Positions 10,601 to 23,831 of a DNA stretch of 64,000 nucleotides are shown here, piece after piece. Position numbers and translations under genes: made by a program. The notes under the pieces are model-generated. The model saw only the letters and a program-made list of their open reading frames with translations, had not been told where the DNA came from and searched no databases. Source of the stretch: the human T2T-CHM13v2.0 reference genome, Homo sapiens; assembly GCF_009914755.1 (NCBI RefSeq), contig NC_060932.1. One strand, written 5' to 3'. Position 1 is the stretch's first letter; each line of letters opens with the position of its first letter.

Positions 10601-13600
10601 GACAGAAAAGAACAATCATTTATCTTGACATATCCCCAGACTTCATTTTGTGAGGAGTCCAGTGTCCTGGGAGTGGCACCATCCACCCAGCAAACTGACC
10701 ACATTTTGTCCATTAAGCCTTGGCTCTAAGAGCACTTGGTTAAAGTAGAGCTCTGTAAAAGAAGCATGAATTCACTGTTGACCAAGCTTATCTGAATCAC
10801 AGTGCTGAGAGGGGGTCCTCTCCCTGGACCCTACCGACTTCGCCAGTTTCATCTTCACTGGGGCTCTTCGGATGATCATGGCTCTGAGCACACCGTGGAT
10901 GGAGTCAAGTATGCAGCGGAGGTAAGAGGAACTGCCATAATCCATTCTCGGTCTCATACAGTGAAAACTGCAAAATTAAAAATAAGAACCACAGCAACAA
11001 AGCATCATCCACTGCTTTTGTTTCAAGTCTATAGTTATGAAAAGAGCTGTACTAGTTTTAGCTGAACTGAAGCTGCTGAACATTCTAGGCTAGACAGGTA
11101 AAAGGGTATAGGTGAGTTGGCATCAAACATGAAGATTTCCAAGGTTATGTTAAGAAACTGGGGCGAGTGCAGTGGCTCACACCTGTAATCTCAACACTTT
11201 GGGAGGCTGAGGCAGGTGGATTGCTTGAGCCCAGGAGTTCGAGACCAGCCTGGGCAATATGGTGAAACCCTGTCTCTACAAAAAATACAAAAATTAGCCT
11301 GGCATGGTGGCATGCACCTGTGGTCCCAGCTACTCAGGAGGCTGAGGTGGGAGGATCACTTGAGCCTGGGAGGTCGAGGCTGCAGTGAGCTGTGATTGCG
11401 CCACTTCACTCCAGCCTGAGCAACAGAGTAAGACCCTGTCTCGAAAAAAGAAAAACCCTAAAAGTTAGAAATTGGATAGCTACTTAATAAGAAAGCCCAG
11501 GGTCCTCAATGGAACTGGAAAAAGGATAGCTAATACTTATTAAATGCTTACATGTATTAACTCATTAGATCCTCTTAGCTACCTTATGAGACAGGTTACA
11601 GATGAGGAAACAGAAGGCATAGAAAAGACACATAATAAAGTCACACGGCTGGTGAGTGCTAGTGCTCTACCTGATACAGACTGGCTTCAGAATTCATCAT
11701 CTTATCCAGTGCCCTATACTGCCTATTTTATAAGAATATAGTGCTCTAAAAATAGCATTTAGAAATTCTGAATAATGCTTATGTTCCAATCTCTTAATGA
11801 ACCGTGTGCATATATATGTGTGTGTGTATATCTATATATACACATGCATACATATTTACACACACATAGAGATATGTGTACACACATACCATTTAATCTG
11901 AGCACATACTACTCTCTGTCTCAGTTAACTCATTAAAGAAAAACATGAATTTTAACTCAGATCAACGCATCAAATTACAAGGGTTTAAGACAGGCCTCTG
12001 ACATGTTCTCTTTATAAAGCCAAACCAATAAGTGGTGGCAATTGCCTTGGAGGTGAGGACCAATTCATTTTTCCTGCTTTATTCTTTTCCAAAGATAGGC
12101 TCTGGTTAACATAGGGGCTGTGACAGAAGCTCAGAAACACACTATGAACATGTTCTTAAGCAGAATCATTAGGCATCTTAGTTCTTGGTTAAATTAAATT
12201 CTGTGAAACCCAAAGTACTTCACTGTGATCTTTCTGTTTCTTTACAGCCAATCTAGAGAGCCATGGCAAGATAAATTAAGTATTGAGAATGCCTTCTAGA
12301 CATCTTCCCCAACCAAATGGGGAAAGTTGAGTATATTTCTTACAGATGCAGGCAAGGCTTTCAGTTTGACCTTTGCACATGGGATTATTTCATACTTTTG
12401 GTCTTGAATAAAACATTTTTTAACTGCTGCAAATGATTGTATCCTCTTGCCATTCTCTGTAACTCAGCATAGAAAGTTTGATTAACCTAACTGGTGCTCA
12501 TGTTCTAAATTAAGGTCAGGTTGCCACCAGGTTTCAGAGCTCTGGTTGATAAAAGGAGATAAATAAATAATTTTATATGCTTTTTATTTGAGCCACTAGA
12601 AATGTTACCAAAATGTTACATGCTACTCTTTCAAATTTTCTCAGCTTTTATGAGAGTGCTCAGCAACCTTAGCCTGTACAATGATTGGGTTTATTGTGGA
12701 TAATGTTGTACTTATTTCCATATTCCAGGAATTTACCTTCTAATCTGTCTTCTATGGTTTCAGCTTCATTTGGTTCACTGGAACCCGAAGTATAACACTT
12801 TTAAAGAAGCCCTGAAGCAGCGCGATGGGATCGCTGTGATTGGCATTTTTCTGAAGGTAAAGTAAAAATTGACTATATATTTTCTTCCAAAATGTATTTC
12901 CCTGCCAATGGTTAGCATAGTTTGAGTTTCATTTCCTCATTTTTACCTTCCTCCTTTCATATGCATTTTATTATTCATTCAACTAATCAAGATATTTCTG
13001 CAAAGATCAGCTCAAAATGTCTTACTTTTCTCTAAAAGTGTATCTTTTACCACACTCCAGGACCCCTAGCACTTCTAAATTTTCCCCAGATGTGGGAGGT
13101 GTGTGTGTGTGTGTAGGTGTTGGGGACAGAGCCTTAGAGTGAGCTTATTACGGTGGTGGTAAGGGCAAAGGTGGCATATATTTATTTTCCTTTCTCACTG
13201 CTCAACTTCAATTGCACTGGAAACCAGAAAAGTCAGTGTTGGGAACCATATGATTCCAAGTCCCTGGCTGGACATCCCCTCGGCTTGAGGTGGTCACCAC
13301 TCACGTGATCCCAGGCTAAGATAGCACATGGAATGTGTGTGTTGTTGAGCCAACCTTGCTTTAAAGAGGACTTAGTGTCATTAACACATGAAGTTAGTGG
13401 TAACATAATCTAGATTTCAAGCCAGAGGTGAAAATCTGGCTTCTTTCTCTTTGAATGACCTAATTTGTTTTAGGTTCTTAATTCATTGGGTCATTTTTGG
13501 TACCTGAGCACAGAACAGCAGGAGGTGGAGTAGGTCTGAGAAGAAAGACAATGAGTTTAGTTTGGGATACATAGGGTCCATTTTGGTTCTAAATCTGGTT

Positions 13601-14233
13601 TTTAGAAAAGTGGAATGACTTTGCAGAGAAGGTCAAAGACACAGAACTAGATGAACGTGTAATTTTGTGGTCCTGTACTTCAGAAGCCTGGAGTCCAAAT
13701 TTAGATCAGAAAATATATACTCTAAAATCTTGAGGAAAAATAAACTTATGTTTTTGCTTAGTACGAGATATTCTGGCAGATTTATAAACACTAGTTGCAG
13801 ATGGATGGATCAAAATCAGCTTTGAAGACAATCCTAAACTATGGAGAAGTAAAAGAACTATACTTGGATTTCTGTTTTCTTACAGATAGGACATGAGAAT
13901 GGCGAGTTCCAGATTTTCCTTGATGCATTGGACAAGATTAAGACAAAGGTAAACAAAAATCATTTTCCCTCCTAAAACATAAAGCAGATTATGCAGATTT
14001 TCTTTACATATTTTCAAGTATTTTTTTCACCTAAAATCTGTTACTAAGTTTGATGGATATGCTAAGCATACATATAAAAATAAATGCTATTATATTTGTA
14101 TGGCATACAGTTTTTAGAGCAATTTCACATATATCAGTTTTTTTAATGGTCATAGTCATCCTGTCAGATAATCACTTTCTCAATGGAGTAAGTGAGAGTC
14201 AGAGAAGTTGAGTGGTCACCGCATCCTCGCCCA

Positions 14234-14267
<34 letters not shown>

Positions 14268-16883
14268 ACACACACTGCATATATGCATGCATACCATCAC
14301 GGAGCTACTAAATGTCAGCCAGTGCTGGTCTTTTGAGTCTTGGTGATGAGCTTTCTGGGAAGCACTTAAAAATTTAAAATCTTCACAATAGACTCATGTA
14401 AGTAACAGAAACATTTTAATTATTTTTTTTCTGACCGTTCTAATCAAATATTATTGAGTTTCATTAACAGAGAAAGTAAGCATTCCAAGTAGATCATTCA
14501 ATAAAAATACAAGCCTGATATTTTTTGGTATCATCAAGAACAAAACATTAACTTATATTAAATAATTCAATTACACTTGAGATATCAGTTTCTCCTTTTT
14601 CTTGAGTGATAGAATTATCACAGATAGTTCTACTCACAGCTAAAACACTAAGGAACACAGTATGACAGTGATTGTGTCAGATCAAGTAATAATGTGCAAA
14701 CCAGCTTCCCTGCTTTGATCTTTATTTCTGAAAGGCTTATACTTTGTTTAGAAGTTCTATTTTCTCTATTGCATTTGAAATTCATTCTTACAAATAAAGT
14801 GGTGAGGGCATTGGGGTGGGTGGGCATGTGCATGCATGCACTCACTGCACCTGCAACCTGCTCTTACCCAGGGCAAGGAGGCGCCCTTCACAAAGTTTGA
14901 CCCATCCTGCCTGTTCCCGGCATGCCGGGACTACTGGACCTACCAGGGCTCATTCACCACGCCGCCCTGCGAGGAATGCATTGTGTGGCTGCTGCTGAAG
15001 GAGCCCATGACCGTGAGCTCTGACCAGGTGAGCAGCCTTGTGAACACGTGGGCTTATGTTGCTGTCTGCCTATGTAAGATACAGATGCTAAATCAAAAAT
15101 ACATAGCTACTAACTGGATACTCACTGAACAGCTCTATGGCCAGTAATTTCATGGTCTGCCCTGGTTAATTACAACCAGCCTGTTCAGCTTTCTAAAACT
15201 TGGCCCCCAAAGGGTACCAGGATAAATGCAACTCATTTAAAAGTAGTTTTGATACCGAACATGACTGAGTTTATGCTCTATAAACACTTTAAAGGGTTTA
15301 GATTAATATGAGTCTTTGTTAATTTGGACGTTGCCAAATACTGAGCACTGGTAAGGAGATGGGATGATAAATACAGACCTGGAGAAGAGAAAGGTGCTAA
15401 TGGAAAGGATTTAACAATTTTGTATGCTATATATTATTTCTGCAGTTTTACAGATACATAATTCAAGGCTCAAAAGTTCAGTAATTTGTCCATGATCACA
15501 CAGCCAAGTGCAGGATTCTAATCCCACCTCCAAACTGTTTCCAGTACTTTTTGGCATCTCTTCTCAAGGTTCCCTTCTTACTGTTTGATCTAAAGAGTGT
15601 CCTGGTAACATTCATTAAAGACACTATCAAGGAAAAGCTGTGTAGGAGAAAATAAGTGGGCAAGAACATGGAGAAAAACAGATTGAAGCAAGTAAACAAC
15701 ACAGGGACTCACAACCTAGAGCATGCATGTACTCTAATAGTAAAATCAGTTTCCCAGTGTGTGTCTCTTGCATAAGGCAACAGCTTTCATATTTATGTCA
15801 GTTGTAAACTCAAGTTTATAAAGACATTTTTATTAAAAGATCAGATATAACAACCTTGTTCAGTGATATAACTATTTTGAAAGAATGAAATTTTTTCAAG
15901 GAGAAATCTAAAAATATTTTAATATAGAATCATAGTGTTATTAATGAGAATTTCTTATTTTCTTATCCTTTAAGAAAGAAAAGTCAATTTAAAATTGAAA
16001 ATGTAGCATGAGTTTGATTTCTTTTTGCTCTTAAAATAATTGACTCCATAAACTTATATAATAAAGGTCTACTACATTTTATTTACACTGATATATGGAT
16101 GTGGTCATCCTCTCCAACAAAGTATGTAGTTCATACTGACCCCTCAAATAAAAAGTAAATGTTTCAGATTCAACAGGAAAAGGTTGTGACCAGAGGGCAC
16201 AGTGATCCTGTATAGAATGAAGAAAAGGGCTTTACAAATAAAGAAAAAATGTGTGTCACTCTAGAGCTGCTAGCTAAATAGCTCTGGACTGGACACTGGG
16301 GACAGGTTGTGTGGTTTGCTTGTCATGTTTAAAACACCAGTATTGGCCAGGCACGATGGCTTAACGCCTGTAATCCCAGTACTTTGGGGGTCCAAGGCGG
16401 GTGGATGACCTGAGGTCAGGAGTTCGAGACCAGCCTGGCCAACATGGTGAAACCCCATCTCTACTAAAAATACAGAAAATTAGCCGGGCAAGGTGGTGAA
16501 CACCTGTAATCCCAGCTATTCGGGAGGCTGAGGCAGGAGAATCGCTTGAGTTCTGTGAGGTGGAGGTTGCAGTGAGCCAAGATCACACCACTGCACTCCA
16601 GCCTGGCTACAGAGCGAGACTCTGTCTCAAAAACAAACAAACAAACAAACAAACAAAAAAACCAACAACAAAAAAAACCCCAGCAGTATTTATACCTCTT
16701 TGTCACGTAGTGTGTCCAGTTGATCCGAATGTCTTGTTAACAGTCTGCCCCTGCCCTTTGCAGATGGCCAAGCTGCGGAGCCTCCTCTCCAGTGCTGAGA
16801 ACGAGCCCCCAGTGCCTCTTGTGAGCAACTGGCGACCTCCACAGCCTATCAATAACAGGGTGGTGAGAGCTTCCTTCAAATGA
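7640..16883 (+). CDS. CA3: Carbonic anhydrase III, 260 aa; join(7640..7673,8442..8639,10803..10921,12764..12856,13886..13948,14872..15027,16764..16883)
   Basis: Spliced frame [20 protein letters not shown]...VVRASFK*, 783 nt, all introns GT-AG; zinc ligands in QFHLHWG and ELHLVHW; CA III-specific Lys64, Arg67 (NNGKTCR) and Phe198 (GSFTTPP). Confidence 0.99.
8442..8639 (+). CDS. CA3: CA3 exon 2
   Basis: tttcctag acceptor; PDHWHELF...DDTYDRS; donor GTAAGT at 8640. Confidence 0.98.
10245..10485 (-). mobile_element. MIR
   Basis: Near full-length reverse-complement MIR (cagagaagtttagcaacttgcctgagaccacagaactagcaag). Confidence 0.7.
10803..10921 (+). CDS. CA3: CA3 exon 3 (His94, His96)
   Basis: [39 protein letters not shown]; AG at 10801-10802, GT at 10922. 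Confidence 0.98.
11162..11455 (+). mobile_element. AluJ
   Basis: Dimeric Alu with J-type motifs (ttgagcccaggag; ggatcacttgagcctgggaggtcgaggctgcag). Confidence 0.92.
11530..11720 (-). mobile_element. MIR
   Basis: tacagatgaggaaacagaaggc...aaagtcacacggctggtgagtg. Confidence 0.65.
12764..12856 (+). CDS. CA3: CA3 exon 4 (His119)
   Basis: tttcag|CTTCATTTGGTTCACTGG; [31 protein letters not shown]; GT at 12857. Confidence 0.98.
13886..13948 (+). CDS. CA3: CA3 exon 5
   Basis: ttacag|ATAGGACAT; [21 protein letters not shown]; GT at 13949. Confidence 0.98.
14234..14274. repeat. (CA)n microsatellite
   Basis: About 20 CA units with one TA interruption. Confidence 0.95.
14872..15027 (+). CDS. CA3: CA3 exon 6
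   Basis: [52 protein letters not shown]; GT at 15028. Confidence 0.98.
16345..16677 (+). mobile_element. AluS with (CAAA)n tail
   Basis: Full dimer, cctgaggtcaggag motif, flanked by ...cagtatt TSD remnant. Confidence 0.93.
16764..16883 (+). CDS. CA3: CA3 exon 7 coding part
   Basis: ttgcag|ATGGCCAAG; [42 protein letters not shown]. Confidence 0.98.
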   Translation: MAKLRSLLSSAENEPPVPLVSNWRPPQPINNRVVRASFK

Positions 16884-17632
16884 GGCTGCTGGATCTTGCC
16901 CTCTTCAGGAAAGGAAACCTACCATTGGAGAGCTTGGTTCCTTGCCTCCTTCTGGTGCTCTTACTCCAAGTCTATTTCATTTTTCCACACTGAGCAATGA
17001 ATGTGAGAGATGTGGTCACCAAGATCTAAGTTACTTGTTGAAAGAAAGTTACTTTCGACAAGATCTAATATGAAAGCATAGATTTCACATTTGATCTCTG
17101 TAATAATCATCTTTCCTATAAAAGTAGCATTTTTGGTAAAGTTTCAAAGAAGAAGAAACAGAGATGGAAGAGTAAAGATATTTTTAAAATGGCTAGCTAT
17201 TGGGCACCAGTTTTTCTGTTATCTAAAATTTCACACAACTTCATTGTTTTTATTTTTATATTATGAGTTGTCCATCTTAAAGAAATATGAGTAATTCTAC
17301 ATGTAGTAGAGGTGTATGAAGATCATATAACAATTAAACATAAGCCAGAAATTAAAATGACTATAGACAGCAAGAATTGAGCTAATAATATGTTTTAACT
17401 CTTAACACCAGCAAGAAGTCAGTCATTTATTGAAGTTTTAGCTACTAAGATTACTTGGTTTTGATTACCAGTGAAAAGAAAACACAATACAATCAGGAGT
17501 TTTCAAATTTTTGATTCAGTATTTGAATTTCTTCTTCATAAATGTAGTTGAATTTATCCTAGTATTTTTCTTTACCTGAAGTAGGGCCATTTATTTTTAA
17601 TTTCACTACATTTTTCTTTGCATGATTATTAA

Positions 17633-17790
17633 AATAAAAACTGCCTCTGTTGTGTTTCTCACTGGAGGCTGGAATGAATGATCACTAGAACACAAAAGAG
17701 TGAATGATGACACTTGAAGTCAAAGCAGTTGTACTGATCACCAGAACCAATAAAGACATAAATGGAAAACGTTGAGTGTTGTGTTTTTTA
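17633..17790 (+). terminator. CA3: CA3 polyadenylation signals (AATAAA 17633-17638 and 17749-17754)
   Basis: Each hexamer is followed by a GT-rich element (tgttgtgttt; gttgagtgttgtgtttttt). Confidence 0.75.
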
Positions 17791-19427
17791 AATGGAAAGG
17801 CATCATAAATGACAAAAATGGAGTTTAACTAAGAGCAACAAACTTTGTAAGTTTGTTTTTATAGCTGAAGGATGGCACTAAGGGCTGAAATTCTGAGTTT
17901 GGATGCTACATTCCTCAAGGAGGGCCAGAAAAAAAATTAAAAAGCAATTAGTGAAGGCCTTCTGAGGAAACTGCAGACCAGAAGAGGAATGTATGGCCAT
18001 ATATCTGATAGTGGGAAATACTTTCCAGAGGCCTCAAAATTGGTTTAGGATTCTGGGGTTCAGACTAGTGCAATGGGTTTTAGGGGCGTGAAATCAAGTC
18101 AGACTGTAGCTTTTACATCCATATTTTTAAAAATTGTGCCTTTAGGATGATGCTGGCCTAACACTGCAAAAATCCATATATTTAGACCTTTAAGCCATTT
18201 AATATAATATCTTTAGACATAAAGTCTAATTTTGCAGTTAGTGGCTTTGATACGTCTTTCATCACTCACTGGCCAATATGTTAACTTACTTTAGAAAGTG
18301 ACAGGAATAAGCTCATTACCCTAAGGAATGAAATAATATTGGGTCAGGAGAGTCCTGAGATGCCAGAAGTCAAATCACGTGACAGAGTCCTATGAGGCCA
18401 AAGTTATTTAATAGATTACCACCCAGGTGAAGTCAAGCCAGGTTGGTCAGTGTGAACTGGAAGTGTTAATTAAATCCCTCGAAATTAGGAGGTGTGGAGC
18501 TTTGATCATTAGTGAAAATACACAAGCTGATTCTCTCAAGGTACTTACTTAGTAATGCTTATGCACTGTAAAAGATGTATCCAGTATTGACTCTATGTGG
18601 GGGAGGAACATATGACTTAATGTCAGCTACAAATGGTCCTTATTCCAGTATACAAGCTGAACAAGGTTAGAACTGTTTTGAGGGAAAATGCCCCATCAAA
18701 AGAGGCTATCTTCGTAGACCATATGCTCTATGAGGGCACAAATATGCGTCTTGCATGCTGACATTCACCTTGTTGTCTGATACTGTGTCCAGCACATAAT
18801 AATTAATTAATATTTGTTGAATAAGTGATGTCATGAATGTAGATGAATCCAGGTAAAATACTTACCTTCTTGAACAACACATCACATGGTTAATAGGAAT
18901 ATTGTTTTTGTTTATCTTAGTTTAAATCTCCTTGGAAAATGATCTCACTAGCTTCAGGTGGGAGCTTTCTAGTAGAACATACTTCTCCCCCTCCCTCCAG
19001 TCTGAGTCATTGTCAATGCTCACAATTATCGCCCATCTTAAAATTTCCTCACAGCTTCTCAAAGTGCTGAACTCAGAGTTCTGTGATATGTGATATTATA
19101 GATGTCCATTAGAATATTAAAGACATACTGTGTCCTTATTCAGCAGGGGGATCATTTTCCTGATCATAAACAGGCCCTCAAACAATTGCATTTCAGATAC
19201 ACACAGCCTTACAAAGGGGCATGGCCAAGAACTGCTGTGATAAAAAGATTTCAGCATCTGCCAACTTTTGTTCTTCAGGGTATAATCATTGTAGGTATTT
19301 TAAAATTTCAAAATAGGGCAGAAACTAATTTGAATTTGTGTTTCATAATATTCCAATGATCATATCATTAAAAACCTATGGATAGAGCAGAATTAACAAG
19401 AATTTATCTAACATAGGGTATTGTTGA

Positions 19428-19823
<396 letters not shown>

Positions 19824-20431
19824 TAATGTAATACCTGCCTTTTAAATGAGCAGACAGGATATATTTATGAAAAGGCAAATAATTTCAGGAATATTGATCC
19901 AAAATTCTTTAAACTGTACAGTCAGTGAGTATTTATGTAGATGAGTGAGAAGTATTCTACATAGAACATGCAAAACTGGAGCTCTCAGTGTTTAACCATA
20001 ATCATTTATGTAATTAAATATAGTTGAAATTGATCAGCTATTAACAAGCTTGGATACATGTGGAAAAATTAATATGACAGTTATTAAGATGAGAATTGGC
20101 ACAAATAAAATTGGCCTAAGAGAAATACATATGGTCTAAACCCACATCAAAGACCACACATAAAGAAAATTAATTAGACTCTAGGTTCTTTTCTAATGCC
20201 TTCTTATCTGATATTAAAGACGATCTCCAGTTATGAGCAAAATATATTATTTTAGCAGAAGAAGAAGAAGTGAGAAGAGGTAAGAAAAATGAATGATAAC
20301 TGTGAATGTCAGATTTTTAAAATTTCATATTTGAGGTATAGAAATTTAATGATTTTTTTAAAACCTACCCCTAAAGTAGTTCTTAAAGTCTTAAAATACA
20401 AATGAAAAGCAAAATCATGTTTGAATGTTAT

Positions 20432-20501
20432 TTTCACTTAGGTCATTAGATGGCAGCAAAACATTTAAAAATTTCATGTGAGTCACTAGATGGCAGCAAA
20501 A
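20432..20501 (+). promoter_or_regulatory. Two CTCF-like motifs, 40 bp apart
   Basis: GTCATTAGATGGCAGCAAAA (20442-20461) and GTCACTAGATGGCAGCAAAA (20482-20501); resemble the CTCF core CCACTAGATGGCAGC. Confidence 0.6.
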
Positions 20502-20799
20502 TAATTACAAAAATGACTGACATTAAAAGCCATGCTGTTCTTTATTCACACTAATTGCAGAGCAATAAGGTTTAAAAATTGTTTTTGACAGCCTATTTCT
20601 GTTTTTCAAATGTTTACTATTAGCCATTAATATCTATGCAAAAAAAAGAGAGTGAAGGATTCTTACATATTTTTGAGTCTTTATAGCTAAAAATAAGGCC
20701 TGAGGGATAAAAGAATAGTAGGAATTGAACTGAAACTTAAATAATGGGAAATTAACATTTTAAAGCCCTCTTCAGTTTTCAGGAGGACTAGATTGAAGT

Positions 20800-20980
20800 C
20801 ACACAACACTTGCTGAATGTGTGGCATCAGGCAAGTTAATTTCTCTATGCCTCAGTTTCCTCATCTGTAAACAGGAATGAGAGTAATACCTGCCTCCAGG
20901 GAGATTTTAAGAATTACTGGTAAACCACTTAGAATAGTCCTTCTGACATAACTCGCAATAAGAGTTAACGATGATCTTTT
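20800..20980 (+). mobile_element. MIR
   Basis: Core gcctcagtttcctcatctgtaaa. Confidence 0.75.
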
Positions 20981-22530
20981 ATTAATTAATTTTACATCAA
21001 CCAAGAAAAAATCGGATGCCTTATTCAATACCTAAAATCATGTTTCTTTCTTTAGGTATCCATTAGTAATATCGTGAATCCACACCTCATCAACAGGTAA
21101 TATTAAAAGAGTTTCTATAACAGGCTCACCTCTGCTTGTTATTGGGGAAAATGGTATTTTAAATAACAATAACTTTTGTCCCATATATATAGGAGGCAAA
21201 ACAAGATGTGGTCACATTGGAAACCAGCACATCACTAGAAGCAGCGATTCAGAGGAGGACCAAATAACTTTTCCTGAGGAAGCTTCTGCTCCAGGAGTTC
21301 TGCCCCTTTCCTGAGAAGCATATAGAGTTAGCAAAACATCCAGAAAATAAACCAAAGAGGAGAGTTGGAAGAACCATAGCATTCATTTAGTTCAATATTG
21401 ATTTTCAAATGTTGGCAAGATAGAATCCCTTGGAGTGCAGCGCGAAGTGGAAAAATCTATCTTAATAGTAAATACAGAAAGTCTCCTGCCATGAAATTAA
21501 TTTTGGACTTGTCTGAGCATGCCATAAAGTCAGAATCCTAAATGAGATGCACAAGTCACACCTGAGGGAAGAGCTTGTACTTTGGGGTGATTCGACTACA
21601 AAAAAGGAGATAAAACAGTCTAGGCATAAAATGCAGCATAAAGGAATTAAGTAGAGAGTTAAAGAACTACTTTAGATGTGAAGGTGTTTAGTAGGCGCTG
21701 CCACTTGACAACTTGACCGCGTAAGTAATCACAGGTAATCAGCAGGAGTTAAGAGCAAATCTAATGGTGTAATCACAGGGGACCATGTGCGCTGCAGCAG
21801 CATAAAACCCAGTGATTTAAAAGCTAATTTTAGCCAGGTTAGAATTGACTCTGCTCAGTAAACAGGAATCAGATCCTCCCTTGTATTTAAATCTTTCTCA
21901 GGTAGAGGAGACTGGAATTCCAGGGAAATATTTTGGCCATTAAGTGTACATATTCTCTGTTCCAACATGTCCATACATTTCTATAATATGTACTCAGCTC
22001 ATTTGAAATTTGGATGGTTCCAGACGCATTTGTTCAGGGTAATTCTTACCCTAAAAGGAACCTGGCTCCCATGGAACTATAATACAAATGGAAGTGTTTG
22101 AAAATACTGCGCTCACAGAATTTACACTTCTGCTCTTGTGAGATCAGTTTACAGCAAGATCTAAGGCATCACAAGGGGCACTTGGATGGATCAGGACCCC
22201 AAAGAAGGGGGCCTATTAAGGGTAGGAAAATTGTACAAGCCAAGCACAGCAGATGTAAGGGCAAGGCCAAGTGCTGGGAAGAACTAAGAACTGAGAAGGC
22301 TGCACATCAGTGAATATATAGGAGCTCAGATTCTCACACTGGGAACTTTAGGAGTAACAACAACACTTTTAAATTATGTTTGTAATATAAAAGTTGGGGT
22401 GTGTGTGTGTGTGATAAGTAGTGGTGACAGGGAGGTTTTATGAAGGTAAAGACTTTATTGGTTTCATTATACTATTGAAGCCCCAGCACTTAACACAGTA
22501 TCTGGAACCTAGAATGGAGCTCAAAGATAT

Positions 22531-22712
22531 TTGTTGCATGGTTGAAGGAATGAATAGATGGATGGATAAATTGATAGAGGGATGGATGGATGAACAGACA
22601 GATGGTGCAATGAAATTCCTAAAATACTGAATGCCAGTCTAGGTCCATGAGCTACTGGGAGCTGTGGCCTCATCTTAGGAAGGCCAGAGACTGGCTTCTC
22701 AAAGAGTTCTTG
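22531..22712 (+). repeat. Local dispersed duplication, copy 1 (copy 2 at 24904-25056)
   Basis: Direct alignment, e.g. cctaaaatactgaatgccagtctagg is identical in both copies. Confidence 0.92.
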
Positions 22713-23831
22713 CAGAAATATACAGATGTCTGTTGCTGCAACGCAGGCTTCTCTATAAAAAGAGTGTGCATGGAAGAAGAGAAGCAGCTTTACTTATATC
22801 CAAAGCTTATCATTTGCAAATTTTAATTTTAATAACTAATTTCACTTAGTATAAAAGAGACATGTTTTAGGAGATATAACAGCAGAGTCTCTCCCCACAT
22901 ATTTATCTCTTTTAGCACTCATGCTTCTAAAGTGCAAGTTGAAGAGGTAGATTAGCAATGAGTCTGTGGCATTAGACTCTGATGACACTAATTGGCATGA
23001 TTCATGCTGGTACTTGAACTTACCCACTCTCTCTTTTCTCTAAGTTTGCCTTAATTTTCTCATTAGCGACTTTAGTTCTCCATTTCATTCAGTTTTGTGT
23101 AGAGATGCTTATGGCAAGTTCACGTACATAATAAAGATACCTCTTCCTAACACAAATCTTTGTTTCACAGTCATGATTAGCAAAGTATGATAACTTTTGA
23201 AAATCCAAAAAGCATTTCCAACTGACATATTCCACTCCACACCAGCCAAATAGATGGTAAATTCAGGTAAATTTCCTCCACAAACAATATAGGCATATAC
23301 ACCCCATGTATGTTCAGGTACTGATAATTACTACCTTGAACTTTATAGGATAGCTGAGAATTTTTTTAAAAAAAGCTTTACCTCAGACAGTAAATTATTA
23401 GAAGTCATGGTCAATTATGATGGTGGTGGGTTGGGGAGTGGCAGGGTGGAACAGTAAGTACTTTGTGGCTTAACTTGTAACTTGTTATGTAAATTTCAGA
23501 GAGCCTATTATAAATATTTCTTAATTAAAAGAGTATTTTAATGACGCCTTATCTGAGAAGGTCTAATTCATTCCTTTTAATTTGTTTTCTATAACAAAGG
23601 GCCTGTTGTCAAGATTGTGAAGTGTACTAAGTCTCTTATTCTTGGGAGCTTAATTGATATGAAACATTGATTAGGCCCCAAGAGGAGTGGAGAGTTGCAG
23701 AGGAATTATGAAATAACCACAAGGCATAAAAAAGAAAGTTTATAGCTTCAGGGTAATGCTTTCAGCTGGGCAAAAGTATTCACTATTTGGTATACAATTT
23801 TAAAAGTATACACAGATGACTAAAGAAAGGC

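Noticed and set aside
21231-21710. Further CTCF-like words (cactagaagcagc at ~21233; gctgccacttg at ~21697)
   Set aside because: Poorer match to the core than the 20442/20482 pair; cannot be supported without a PWM scan
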